Shown piece by piece: positions 30,949 to 40,509 of a stretch of DNA of 64,000 nt (its first letter is position 1; the number at the start of each line of letters is the position of its first letter). Below the pieces are notes generated by a model, which saw only the letters and a list, made by a program, of their open reading frames with translations, made no database searches and was not told the origin of the DNA. The DNA is from Opitutales bacterium (GTDB lineage: Bacteria > Verrucomicrobiota > Verrucomicrobiia > Opitutales > UBA2987), in contig CBDDEL010000017.1 of the NCBI GenBank assembly GCA_965226885.1, positions 416,001-480,000 on the forward strand, in the 5' to 3' direction. A program made the position numbers and the translations under genes.

Positions 30949-31791
30949 ATGGTTGATATAAAGGAAAAGAAACTATCGGTAGTCCTCGTCGGCAGCGGCG
31001 CGGTGCGGGTGAATCCACGGAGGGGTGGAACTTGTCAGGTGGTAAGGGTCGGGGGGCGTAATTTGCTCTTCGATTGCGGGCGTTTGGCGGTCCATAACAT
31101 GACGCAGTTCGGATTTCCGGTCGAGTCGATCGACGAGGTTTACATCAGCCACCTGCATTTCGATCACGTTTGCGATCTGGCGCAGTTGATACTGCTTTCC
31201 TGGAACAACGGAAGGAGTCATAAAATGCCCGTCTATGGGCCGCAGGGAATCGCGGATTTTATGGAAGAAGGCATCCGCAAAGCCTATGCGCATGATATTG
31301 CCAGTCGTCTTTCCCATGGAAAACTAACCCACGGATTCGAGTGGGATGCGACCGAGATTTCCCGTGATGGCTTGTTAAGAGAGAACCTGAACCCCCAATT
31401 CGCCATCAGCACCCTTTCCACTGAGCATGGAGGCTTGAACAATATCAATTATCGCCTCGATGCGGGAAACAAGCGAATCGTCATCACGAGCGACACGGAA
31501 CCGGACGAGCGGCTGATCGAATTCAGCCGTGGGGCAGATCTTTTGATTGTGGAATGTTCCGGCACTCAGGAGTTCCTCCAGACCCAAGGTTGGGGAGGCT
31601 GGCACATGAACCCGGAAGAGGTCGGCCGTCTGGCCCGCAAGGCAGACGTCAAGCAGGTCGTAATCAAGCACCTGGTGATCGAGAATTTTTCCGACGATCC
31701 TCAGGTCTCAGAAAAAATGGCGGAAAAAATCAGACACCTTTGTCCCAGCGAAGTCCTGGTCGGCGAAGACGGGATGCGATTCGATTATTAG
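30949..31791 (+). CDS. MBL-fold metallohydrolase (RNase Z/AtsA-like)
   Basis: LFDCG, SHLHFDH, TSDT, HMNP, KHL. Confidence 0.88.
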   Translation: MVDIKEKKLSVVLVGSGAVRVNPRRGGTCQVVRVGGRNLLFDCGRLAVHNMTQFGFPVESIDEVYISHLHFDHVCDLAQLILLSWNNGRSHKMPVYGPQGIADFMEEGIRKAYAHDIASRLSHGKLTHGFEWDATEISRDGLLRENLNPQFAISTLSTEHGGLNNINYRLDAGNKRIVITSDTEPDERLIEFSRGADLLIVECSGTQEFLQTQGWGGWHMNPEEVGRLARKADVKQVVIKHLVIENFSDDPQVSEKMAEKIRHLCPSEVLVGEDGMRFDY

Positions 31792-31843
31792 AACCTATCG
31801 TAAGTTAAAACGTCCGGTCTTTCCGCTTGGTAAGGAACCATGA

Positions 31844-33463
31844 TCAGCCGGAAAAATCCTTGAGATCGCGAAGCATAACCTGAGCCGCGTTGTATCCGGG
31901 CAATCCCGTAACATTTCCGCCAGGATAGGAAGAGGAACCGCATAGGTAAAGCGAATCGAAGCAGGTTCTGTAATGCCCGGCACCGGGGAATGGGCGGTTA
32001 TACCCCAGTTGCCCGTTGGCAAAACTGCCTACCAGAAGATCGCCTTCCCTCATGTTGGGGAAACCCCTGAAGGTATCATACGCACTGCGCGTAAAAGATG
32101 AAAGAATGGCGCCTTCGAGGTTGGGCGCATATTCGGTCCATAGTTTAATCATGTCGTCGCCGTGGGTATCCTTGTAATCATCCCAATTATGAGGATCCCC
32201 ATGAAGAGCATAGGGCAGCTTTTCCCACATAAAGGCCGTATGCATGCCATTGGGTGCTTGAGTGGGATCGAACACGGTGGGACTACAACCCCACATTACC
32301 GTTTTAGGGATAGTACCTTTCTGATGATGGCGCACTAGATGGCGCACTATTTCCGGAAACTGCTCAAAAGTCTCCAATCCTAGAACAACCATTAAAGCTT
32401 CATTGAGGTGGGGATGATTTTCTGCCGCGCGGTAGCGGGGAGGTTCTTTCAGGTTAAGGTAGACACCAAACAAAGGCGCAAGGAGGTTATACTCAAAATT
32501 TTCGGCCTTTTTTGCCCAGTCATCAGGCAGTGCCTTGCGGTCCAGCAGTTCGAGAAAAGTCTGTTGAGGATTGAGACTGGATGCCACGAGTTTACTCGCT
32601 TTGTAGTAGCGGCCATCGGCGGTCTCCACGCCCACAGCCTTGCCGGATTCCACTTGAATCCGTTTTAGCTCAATATTCGTAACTATTTTACCACCAGTTG
32701 CTTCTACAGCGCCAATAAGCGCTTTGGCAAGACGAGCGGAACCGCCACGCGCCATCTGAGGCCGCCCTTTGCTGGCCAAAAGCGCGGGTATATGATACCC
32801 GAAACCCTTGCATCGTAAGTCCACCTCGCGCAGACCATTGAAGAATAGCAAGCCCGCCTGCACCGTAGGATGCTTAAATTCGCGCGTGACAAACTCGATG
32901 GGTGATAGCTTGCTGGTTTCCAGTAAAAGCCGTCCCTCTGAGGTCTTTTGCAACATGGCCTCTCTCTCGGCCCAAGGAAGGGGCGGAGACTGACTTTCGG
33001 GAATGAGGATCTGTTCCACTATCGGCACAAACCGGTCGTGCCACATGACCAGGGTCTCAGCGTCATCCTGGCTGAAACGCGCAAAGGATTCTACCGTCTT
33101 TTCTAAGCTGGTCCACCATTCGAGCGCGTCGCCGTTTTTCAGGATAACGGCTGTGTTCAACTCAGGTTCGATGTAATCCAGACCGTGATTTTCAAGTTCC
33201 AGCTCTTTAAACCAGGGTAAATGCGTAACACCCGTAACACCCCTATGGAAAAATGAGTGCGTGTTATGAAGAAAGCCGGGATGTTTGGTGTCTTCGACAG
33301 TGACAGAGGCTCCGCCGGCAATCGGGCGGCGATCCAGACTCAGGGTCTTCAGCCCGGCTTTTCCCAAATGAGCCTGCGTGATGAGCCCGTTGTGGCCAGC
33401 GCCGAGAATAATCGCATCGTATTCTGTGTTATCATCTGAAATATCGTTGCGGATACTATTCAT
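31844..33463 (-). CDS. NAD(P)/FAD-dependent oxidoreductase, phytoene desaturase-like (COG1233)
   Basis: GAGHNGL; LYLCGSSSYPGGNVTGLPGYNAA; carries in-frame 9-bp and 12-bp tandem duplications. Confidence 0.85.
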   Translation of the reverse strand: MNSIRNDISDDNTEYDAIILGAGHNGLITQAHLGKAGLKTLSLDRRPIAGGASVTVEDTKHPGFLHNTHSFFHRGVTGVTHLPWFKELELENHGLDYIEPELNTAVILKNGDALEWWTSLEKTVESFARFSQDDAETLVMWHDRFVPIVEQILIPESQSPPLPWAEREAMLQKTSEGRLLLETSKLSPIEFVTREFKHPTVQAGLLFFNGLREVDLRCKGFGYHIPALLASKGRPQMARGGSARLAKALIGAVEATGGKIVTNIELKRIQVESGKAVGVETADGRYYKASKLVASSLNPQQTFLELLDRKALPDDWAKKAENFEYNLLAPLFGVYLNLKEPPRYRAAENHPHLNEALMVVLGLETFEQFPEIVRHLVRHHQKGTIPKTVMWGCSPTVFDPTQAPNGMHTAFMWEKLPYALHGDPHNWDDYKDTHGDDMIKLWTEYAPNLEGAILSSFTRSAYDTFRGFPNMREGDLLVGSFANGQLGYNRPFPGAGHYRTCFDSLYLCGSSSYPGGNVTGLPGYNAAQVMLRDLKDFSG

Positions 33464-33507
33464 GCTTAGAACAATCTTCGAGATTATAGTTGATATGAGA
33501 TTATTTA

Positions 33508-33523
33508 GTAACTAAACAGTTAC
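33508..33523. promoter_or_regulatory. Palindromic operator GTAACTAAACAGTTAC
   Basis: Divergent gap; on minus strand fills the 17-bp spacer after TTGATA. Confidence 0.8.
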
Positions 33524-33557
33524 TTATCAAGTCTAAATTCTCTTATTTAAAAAACAC

Positions 33558-33746
33558 ATGAGTAATAAAGGCATTCCGATTCGAGCGACATTGGTAGGCA
33601 GTGGACCGGAACGTATTAACAAAAGGCGTAGCGGTAGATGCCAGGTAGCCAGTATCGATGGACAAAATCTGTTGTTTGATTGCGGGCGCAACGCAATTCG
33701 CAATTTGATCGATGAAGTCTTTAACACAAACCTGGTGTTAAAATGA
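33558..33746 (+). pseudogene. Internally deleted MBL-fold hydrolase paralog
   Basis: LVGSG.ERIN.RRSG.CQV...NLLFDCGR matches the N-terminus of 30949-31791; no HxHxDH motif. Confidence 0.75.
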
Positions 33747-34492
33747 AAATTTTGTTTACAGGCGCGGGCGGATTTCTGGGACAAGGGCTGGTCAAGCCTT
33801 TTGCTCGGGATCATGATCTGAGGCTGATCGATATTGCTGATTTCGAAACCGGCCATGAGAAACTGATGGGGGATGTATCGGACCTGGATACCGCTTTGCG
33901 TTCCGTCGAGGGTGTGGATGCCATCGTGATCGCGCATATGGCTTCGCGTCAGGCGGGCGCTTATGAAAACCCTTCCACTTGTTTCGATGCCAATGTCAGA
34001 GGGACCGCGAACCTGTTCTTTGCAGCGAATAAACTTGGAGTGAACAAAGTTTGCCTAATCTCCAGTACGGGTGCCGTTAGCGGAAATCCCGATGGTATGT
34101 ATCTGACACGTAACCTTTACCCCAAGGGACGCGATATGTACACCCTGACCAAAGCGTGTCAGGAAGTAATCGCGGAACAATACCACCGAATTTGTGGAAT
34201 CAAGACAGCAGTTCTAAGAGTGGGGGGCATTATCGATACTGACGAAGGAACGAATAAATACGGTATAAAGAAAACCGATCATATAGATGTGCTTGTCGAC
34301 CGCCGGGATATTGGCACGGTTGCAAAGCTTGCGCTGGAATTACCCAATCTCGAGTATGAAGTATTCTATGTTTACGGATGCCTTGAAGCCGATGAATTTT
34401 GCGATGCGGGTTACACCCGAAAGCGCTTGCAATGGACACCACGTTATCAAGCCAAAGATATTGCAAAAAAACTCCATTCAGGAGCAATTTGA
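33743..34492 (+). CDS. NAD-dependent epimerase/dehydrogenase (uronate dehydrogenase-like)
   Basis: TGAGGFLG, ISS, YTLTK. Confidence 0.8.
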   Translation: MKILFTGAGGFLGQGLVKPFARDHDLRLIDIADFETGHEKLMGDVSDLDTALRSVEGVDAIVIAHMASRQAGAYENPSTCFDANVRGTANLFFAANKLGVNKVCLISSTGAVSGNPDGMYLTRNLYPKGRDMYTLTKACQEVIAEQYHRICGIKTAVLRVGGIIDTDEGTNKYGIKKTDHIDVLVDRRDIGTVAKLALELPNLEYEVFYVYGCLEADEFCDAGYTRKRLQWTPRYQAKDIAKKLHSGAI

Positions 34493-34523
34493 AGAAGAAA
34501 AATCTAAATTGGCCGATTTTTAA

Positions 34524-36077
34524 ATGGAAAAATTAATCATTGATACAGAAACGGTGCAGGCGCGTATAAGCCGGCACATTTACGGGCATTTTTCGGAACA
34601 CTTGGGGCGTTGCATATACGGAGGCTTCTGGGTGGGCGAAGATTCCAAAATTCCCAACACAAGGGGTATTCGCGACGACATCGTCGAGGCGCTGCGACGA
34701 ATCAAGATACCCAATCTACGTTGGCCCGGCGGCTGTTTCGCCGATGAGTACAATTGGATGGACGGGATCGGGCCGAGGGAAAAACGCCCCGTCATGGTCA
34801 ACACCCATTGGGGCGGCGTGACCGAGAACAATCATTTTGGAACCCACGAATTCATGGATCTCTGCCAGCAGCTCGGCTGTGAAGCCTACGTGGCTGGAAA
34901 TATGGGCAGCGGGACCGTTCGGGAGATGCAGCAGTGGGTGGAATACCTCAACTTAGGCGGCGTCAGCCCGATGGCGAACCTGCGCGCCGCTAACGGGCGC
35001 AAAGAGCCCTGGAACGTGAAATTCTTTGGCGTGGGCAATGAAAACTGGACCTGCGGCGGCAATATGCGGGCGGAGTATTATGCCGACGAGTATAGGCGTT
35101 ATGCGACCTATTGCCGTGATTTTGCGAACGACGATTTTTCCTTCAGTCGGGATAGCGGCGAGGTCCTCTTGTTCAAAATTGCCTGCGGTCCAAAATCCCG
35201 CGACTACAATTGGACGGAGGTGCTCATGGACCGGATATCGCCCCGGCAGATGCAAGGGCTGGCCCTGCACTACTACACCATACCCGGTTCCCCGCGTGCA
35301 TTGTCTATTCCATATACCGAAGGGCGGGACATCGCGGAGAAGAGGGGTTCGGCCACGGAATTCACCGCCACGGACTGGTTTGCCACCATGAAAAGAGCGC
35401 TTATTATGGAGGAGCTGGTAGAGAAACATTCCGCCATCATGGACAAATATGATCCCGAAAAAAAGGTCGCGTTAGTGGTGGATGAATGGGGTACCTGGTA
35501 TGAATCGGAAGCGGGCACCAACCCCGGTTTTCTCTACCAGCAGAACACGCTGCGGGACGCATTGGTGGCCGGGCTGACGCTCAATATTTTCAACAACCAC
35601 TGTGAGCGCGTGCGATTGGCCTGCATTGCCCAGACGATCAACGTGCTGCAAGCCATGATCCTCACGGATGAGGAAAAGATGACGGTCACGCCCAGTTATC
35701 ATGTCTTCGAGATGTACAAAGTGCACCACAACGCAACCCGGCTCCCCATCGAATTGGAGTGCGGTCCCTACCGAAGCGGTAAAAAGGAAATCCCCTCCCT
35801 CTCCGCCTCGGCTTCCCGGCAGGACGATGGTAAAGTGCACCTCTCTATTTGCAATTTGCATCCCGATGAAGACAAGGAGGTATCCGTGGAATTTCGCGGA
35901 CTGCGCCCCCGGTCCGTCAAAGGGCGGATACTCACTTCCGGGTCAATGAACGCCCACAACACATTTGATCAACCAGAGCGCATAAGGCCGGTGGAATTCA
36001 GCGAGGCGAGATGCCAAGGGCAGAGTGTTTACCTGAAAGCGCCGGATAAATCCGTCATTGTTCTGGAAATTGACTGA
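34524..36077 (+). CDS. GH51 alpha-L-arabinofuranosidase
   Basis: [36 protein letters not shown]. Confidence 0.95.
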   Translation: MEKLIIDTETVQARISRHIYGHFSEHLGRCIYGGFWVGEDSKIPNTRGIRDDIVEALRRIKIPNLRWPGGCFADEYNWMDGIGPREKRPVMVNTHWGGVTENNHFGTHEFMDLCQQLGCEAYVAGNMGSGTVREMQQWVEYLNLGGVSPMANLRAANGRKEPWNVKFFGVGNENWTCGGNMRAEYYADEYRRYATYCRDFANDDFSFSRDSGEVLLFKIACGPKSRDYNWTEVLMDRISPRQMQGLALHYYTIPGSPRALSIPYTEGRDIAEKRGSATEFTATDWFATMKRALIMEELVEKHSAIMDKYDPEKKVALVVDEWGTWYESEAGTNPGFLYQQNTLRDALVAGLTLNIFNNHCERVRLACIAQTINVLQAMILTDEEKMTVTPSYHVFEMYKVHHNATRLPIELECGPYRSGKKEIPSLSASASRQDDGKVHLSICNLHPDEDKEVSVEFRGLRPRSVKGRILTSGSMNAHNTFDQPERIRPVEFSEARCQGQSVYLKAPDKSVIVLEID

Positions 36078-36097
36078 ACCCGGCGCCCGGACGGTTT

Positions 36098-37423
36098 CTA
36101 GGTTGCGACCGATTTCTCCTTCAGGGCGTCGGTGACGATTTCCAAAGTCTTTTTGATGTCCTCTTCGGTGTGGGCGCAACTGATGAACCATATGCCCCGG
36201 CAGGTCGTGCGGACTCCCCGGCGCAACAAGGCTTCCCGCAGCCGGAACCAGCGTTGGCGGTCATTGTGGAGCACGTAGTCGCGGTAATTGCGTGGAGCGG
36301 ATTGGTCCGTCACGGTAACCTGAAAAACCGCCCCCGGTCCGCTCACACACAAAGGAATACCCGCGCGCGCACCAAGTTCAGTCAAGCCCTCCATAAGCCG
36401 CCGGCCCAGTCTTTGCAATCGTTCGGCATAACCTTGGTCCGTCTCCAGAGCGCCCAAGGCGGCTTTGGCCGAGGCCAGGCAGAGGGGGTTGCCGTTGAGC
36501 GTGCCGGCATGGACGACATCGCCGTTGATAATATGCTGCATCAATTCCTCGCGGGCTCCGAGGGCCGCAATGGGCACGCCTCCGCCGAGAGCTTTGCCCA
36601 GGACGCAGATGTCGGGCCGCACCCCGCTCCAGCTTTCGGCTCCTCCCAGTCCGAAACGGAATCCGCTTATGGTTTCATCGAAAACGAGCACCGTCCCGTG
36701 TTCGTCGCAGAGGTTCCTCAAGTGCTGCAGAAACCCCGCTTCGGGCTGGATGCAGCCATTGTTGCAAAGTGTCGGTTCACAGATAATGGCGGCAATTTCA
36801 CCACCGTGCCGCGCGAACAGATTGTCCACCGATTCCGGGTTGTTCCACTGGGCCAGGAGGTGGTATGAGGCAAGTTCGGGTATAATGCCCTGGCTCAAAT
36901 GCCGGGGCGGGGTTCCATCTCCCTCCACGCCGTTCCAGGTATCCGGGGGCGGAGCGACTCCGAAAAGGCCTTCGTCGTTCCAACCGTGGTAGTGCCCCTC
37001 GAAGCGGAGAAATTTCCACTTTCCGGTATGGAAACGTGCCAACCGTGTGACCGCGATAAGTATCTCGGTAGCTGAATTGCCGAAACGCACCTTTTCACAA
37101 ACCGGGATATGTTTTTGCAGAAATTCGGCTACATCGATTTCGAGCCGGGACTGCGCGGCCCAATGGGTTCCTTTACCGGCTTGATCGCAGAGCGCCTTGG
37201 CGATGGAGGGATGGGCGTGCCCCAAAAGGAGCGCCCCCTGTCCGATCTGGTAGTCGATGTACTCGTTGCCGTCCTCATCCCACAGGCGGGAACCCCGGCC
37301 ATGCGTGTGGTAGAGGGGGACCGGCGTTTCCATCAGCCGAATGCCGGAATTGACTCCGCCTGCGATGGAATTTTTGGCCCGATCGAAAAGTTCTTTTGAT
37401 TGGTTGAATGAGTGATTATTCAT
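36098..37423 (-). CDS. Class III PLP aminotransferase (glutamate-1-semialdehyde aminomutase-like)
   Basis: FEGHYHG, FDETISGFR, GKALGGG, HAGTLNGNP. Confidence 0.85.
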   Translation of the reverse strand: MNNHSFNQSKELFDRAKNSIAGGVNSGIRLMETPVPLYHTHGRGSRLWDEDGNEYIDYQIGQGALLLGHAHPSIAKALCDQAGKGTHWAAQSRLEIDVAEFLQKHIPVCEKVRFGNSATEILIAVTRLARFHTGKWKFLRFEGHYHGWNDEGLFGVAPPPDTWNGVEGDGTPPRHLSQGIIPELASYHLLAQWNNPESVDNLFARHGGEIAAIICEPTLCNNGCIQPEAGFLQHLRNLCDEHGTVLVFDETISGFRFGLGGAESWSGVRPDICVLGKALGGGVPIAALGAREELMQHIINGDVVHAGTLNGNPLCLASAKAALGALETDQGYAERLQRLGRRLMEGLTELGARAGIPLCVSGPGAVFQVTVTDQSAPRNYRDYVLHNDRQRWFRLREALLRRGVRTTCRGIWFISCAHTEEDIKKTLEIVTDALKEKSVAT

Positions 37424-37467
37424 GGATTTTTAGCGGCTGTGTCTTCCCGCTCCGATAACGGCGATTT

Positions 37468-38235
37468 TCATTGTTGGAAACTCAAAACCCCGTCATCCGG
37501 CCCGGTTGGGCAGGCTTCCTTGGAGGCATCGAAGCGGCCGATACCGGTGGTTATACGCTTATTGCTCAAGGCATTGAAGCATATGATAAAGGAGCGGCGC
37601 GACTTGCCGGAGGTGTTGGCTTGGGAGCCGTGCAGGAGATTACAATTGAAATAAAGAACCGACCCGGGCTCCATTTCGCAGTAAACACGCTCGAACAGCG
37701 GTTCCAACTGGGCCATGCGGTTTGGATCGACAGCGGTTTGTTGTCCGATTTTGCAGTGCTCCAGCCGACCCAGTAAATGTGAACCTCTGAGGACTTCAAG
37801 GCAGCCATTTTCCCTAGTGGCGGCATCGAGAGCGACGAAGGCGCTTATCATGCGGGGAAAGACAAAACCATTGTTGTACCAATAACCGTAATCCTGGTGC
37901 CATTCCCAGGCTCCGCCAGTCTTCGGCTCCTTCAAAATAACCTTGCCATGATAGAAGGAGATTTCCTCGCCGAGCAGAATGCGCACCCGATTGACGATGC
38001 CAGGTAAAGTAGTGACGGCCGACCAAATGTCGTCCTTCAACTCGTTCCAAATGGCCAGCCGGACCAATTTCCCCGTCCCGTCAACGGTTGAGCTGCCCTC
38101 GGTTTGGACCCGTCCGTTGCCTTCGATGGCATCGGTCAAGAGATTTACCTCATCACTGTTGATGACATCCGGAACCAGGAGATATCCGTCCCGGTGGTAT
38201 TGGGCTGCTTGTTCTTCGTTTAGTTGCAATGGCAT
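37468..38235 (-). CDS. Phytanoyl-CoA dioxygenase (PhyH) family protein
   Basis: WEWHQDYGYW, ENGCL, LLHGS. Confidence 0.9.
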   Translation of the reverse strand: MPLQLNEEQAAQYHRDGYLLVPDVINSDEVNLLTDAIEGNGRVQTEGSSTVDGTGKLVRLAIWNELKDDIWSAVTTLPGIVNRVRILLGEEISFYHGKVILKEPKTGGAWEWHQDYGYWYNNGFVFPRMISAFVALDAATRENGCLEVLRGSHLLGRLEHCKIGQQTAVDPNRMAQLEPLFERVYCEMEPGSVLYFNCNLLHGSQANTSGKSRRSFIICFNALSNKRITTGIGRFDASKEACPTGPDDGVLSFQQ

Positions 38236-38290
38236 AACATTTTTCCTTCTCGATATTGATTGAAAACAAAATAAGATGTGAATTAAAAAA

Positions 38291-39502
38291 TTACTCTCGA
38301 AACCAGCGTTCACCCGGTTTGGCGTAGAGACGGGCCGCCGATTCATTCAAGGTCACGCCGATTCCCGGTTTGTCCGTTATGGCAACTCGTCCTCCTTGAA
38401 TGATGGGTTCCTCCTCGATTAAATCGTTCCAGAAAGGCACGTCCTGCCCGTGGTATTCGAGGACCGCGAAATTGGCCGAGGCCGCACAAACATGAGCCGC
38501 CGCCATCAAACCGAGGGGACCCGCGATATTATGCGGGGCCAGGGATACGCCATAGCGGTCCGAGATGTCGGCGATTTTTTTGGCCTCGGCCACGCCCCCG
38601 CATTTTTGCACATCCGGGGCAATGAAATCGATGGCCTGAGCCTCCAGCAGGGGAAGAACTCCGTAAACCAAATAAAGATTTTCACCCGTTAAAATGCGAA
38701 CTCGGGAAGCTTTTTTGACCTCGGCGATATGCCGCCAGTCTTCCGGCGGGCAGGGGTCTTCCAGCCAATACGGGTTAGTCGATTCGATGGCGTGGGCGAT
38801 GCGGATGGCGTCGGCCGGTTTGAACCGGAAATGGCAATCCCATGCCAAATCCACGTCGTCTCCGACGGCCTCCCTCACAGCCTGGACCACAGCCTCCATT
38901 TTAGCCAATTCTTTATTGGACAGGGGCCGGTGCATCTCGTCTCCGGGTGAGACGACGATATAGTCGAGATCGAATTTCAAGGCATCGAAGCCTTTGTCCA
39001 CAACCTCCTGAGCCCTCTTGGCGTAAGCTTCCGGCATATAAATCTCCGACGGGCGTTCCCCTTCACCCTCTTTCATCCATTTTGGGAAGCGTTTTTCATG
39101 CATGGGCGAAATGCTTGATATATTTTCTCCCGCGTGGCTGTCGGCATATATGCGCACGGAATCGTGAATCTTTCCCCCCAGAAGTTGATAAACGGGGATC
39201 CCGTAAAATTTGCCGGCAATGTCGTGCAGGGCCGCGTCCACACCGCTAATGGCATTCCAGATGATGCCCGCGCTGGATCCAGCGCCGCTTCCTTTCCGCG
39301 CCAGGTAGCGGATGTTGCGTTCCAGTTCCCGCGGATCGCGCCCGATCAAGAGCCCTTCCATATCCCGCAGGATAGCCGTCAGGCCGGGTGCGGGGAAACA
39401 TTCTCCGGTGCCGTCGAGGCCATCCTGGTCTGTGTAGAGGCGCACATAGGTATAGTCGAGATTGGCCTCTACGACGGCTGTGGAAAGTCCGGTAATTTTC
39501 AT
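38291..39502 (-). CDS. Mandelate racemase/muconate lactonizing enzyme family (acid-sugar dehydratase-like)
   Basis: ALKFD, DCH, WLEDP, TGEN, APHN. Confidence 0.9.
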   Translation of the reverse strand: MKITGLSTAVVEANLDYTYVRLYTDQDGLDGTGECFPAPGLTAILRDMEGLLIGRDPRELERNIRYLARKGSGAGSSAGIIWNAISGVDAALHDIAGKFYGIPVYQLLGGKIHDSVRIYADSHAGENISSISPMHEKRFPKWMKEGEGERPSEIYMPEAYAKRAQEVVDKGFDALKFDLDYIVVSPGDEMHRPLSNKELAKMEAVVQAVREAVGDDVDLAWDCHFRFKPADAIRIAHAIESTNPYWLEDPCPPEDWRHIAEVKKASRVRILTGENLYLVYGVLPLLEAQAIDFIAPDVQKCGGVAEAKKIADISDRYGVSLAPHNIAGPLGLMAAAHVCAASANFAVLEYHGQDVPFWNDLIEEEPIIQGGRVAITDKPGIGVTLNESAARLYAKPGERWFRE

Positions 39503-39528
39503 ATTGAAACCATTCGGGATTGACAAAA

Positions 39529-39544
39529 GTAACCAACTGGTTAC
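39529..39544. promoter_or_regulatory. Palindromic operator GTAACCAACTGGTTAC
   Basis: 3 bp after TTGACA (39520-39525) in a divergent gap; exact reverse complement of the 24893 site. Confidence 0.8.
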
Positions 39545-39568
39545 TTCAAAGTGTTATAGTTTTCGACA

Positions 39569-40477
39569 ATGTCAATTGAAATGAATGTGATAGAGAATCA
39601 TTGGCCCCCCCTTGAAGGGACGCTGGAAGAAATTGTCGGCCGACACGAAAATCCCATGGGTGCGCTCGCGAATGGCGAAACACCTGCCATTATTCTGCTT
39701 GGCGCCTACCGGCAATCCCAGTGTACGCAGTTGGTAGATCGTTTTTACGAGCGCAATTTGGTGGAGAACCTGCCCCTACCAGGCGAAACTATTCCACCAG
39801 AACCGGCATTAAAGCGGGTCGATATTGGAACCAGCTTGGGAAATATAGGAGAGCAGCCGGAAGCATTTTTTACCAGAGCCCGAGAGACTCATGCCTTATT
39901 TCAAACCCTTTTTGAGGGATTGGATAATCCCGTTGAACTTCTTTATAATGCACTCAGCGCCCTTTCTCCGGGTAAAACGGCGAAAACAGCCCGCGAGCCC
40001 GATGGCCGTTTGTATGGGCCCGCCATTTTCCGATGTCATATGCCCCATGCCGGGTATCCACCGCACATTGATTCGGTCCGGCAGAGGGAAAAGCGCACCG
40101 GATATGCCGTCCACCGTTTCGAGCGTCAGTTGGCGGGTATACTTTGCCTGCAAACACCGGATCGGAGCGCGCATAGTTGCGATGCCATCCAATACCGGTG
40201 CACCTGGAACGAGGAGTTGAGCCGTTTATTGCAGACCGAATGGACCGGCCGCGAACAGGTCATGAAAACCTCTTTTAACCGCGAGCCTTTCAACCGGTTC
40301 ATAGCGGAAAACGGCATTCCCTCCTGCCGGGTAGTCCTTTCCCCCGGCGATATGTATTTTTTCAATACCGAATACCTGCACGAAGTGCCCGCTTTTAAGG
40401 GAAACCGCGTCCGTATTGTGGAAGCGACTTTTTTTGGTTACTCAAGAGGCGATCCCGATATATTCGTATGGTCGTAA
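39569..40477 (+). CDS. Putative 2OG-Fe(II) oxygenase-fold protein
   Basis: HxD (PPHID), GDMYFFN, distal LHEV and R motifs. Confidence 0.6.
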   Translation: MSIEMNVIENHWPPLEGTLEEIVGRHENPMGALANGETPAIILLGAYRQSQCTQLVDRFYERNLVENLPLPGETIPPEPALKRVDIGTSLGNIGEQPEAFFTRARETHALFQTLFEGLDNPVELLYNALSALSPGKTAKTAREPDGRLYGPAIFRCHMPHAGYPPHIDSVRQREKRTGYAVHRFERQLAGILCLQTPDRSAHSCDAIQYRCTWNEELSRLLQTEWTGREQVMKTSFNREPFNRFIAENGIPSCRVVLSPGDMYFFNTEYLHEVPAFKGNRVRIVEATFFGYSRGDPDIFVWS

Positions 40478-40509
40478 TAATTCGGGAAAGAGGTTTTTCC
40501 TAACAAATC

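Noticed and set aside
36098..37423. Calling this gene hemL
   Set aside because: Catabolic context with no tetrapyrrole genes; only family-level support
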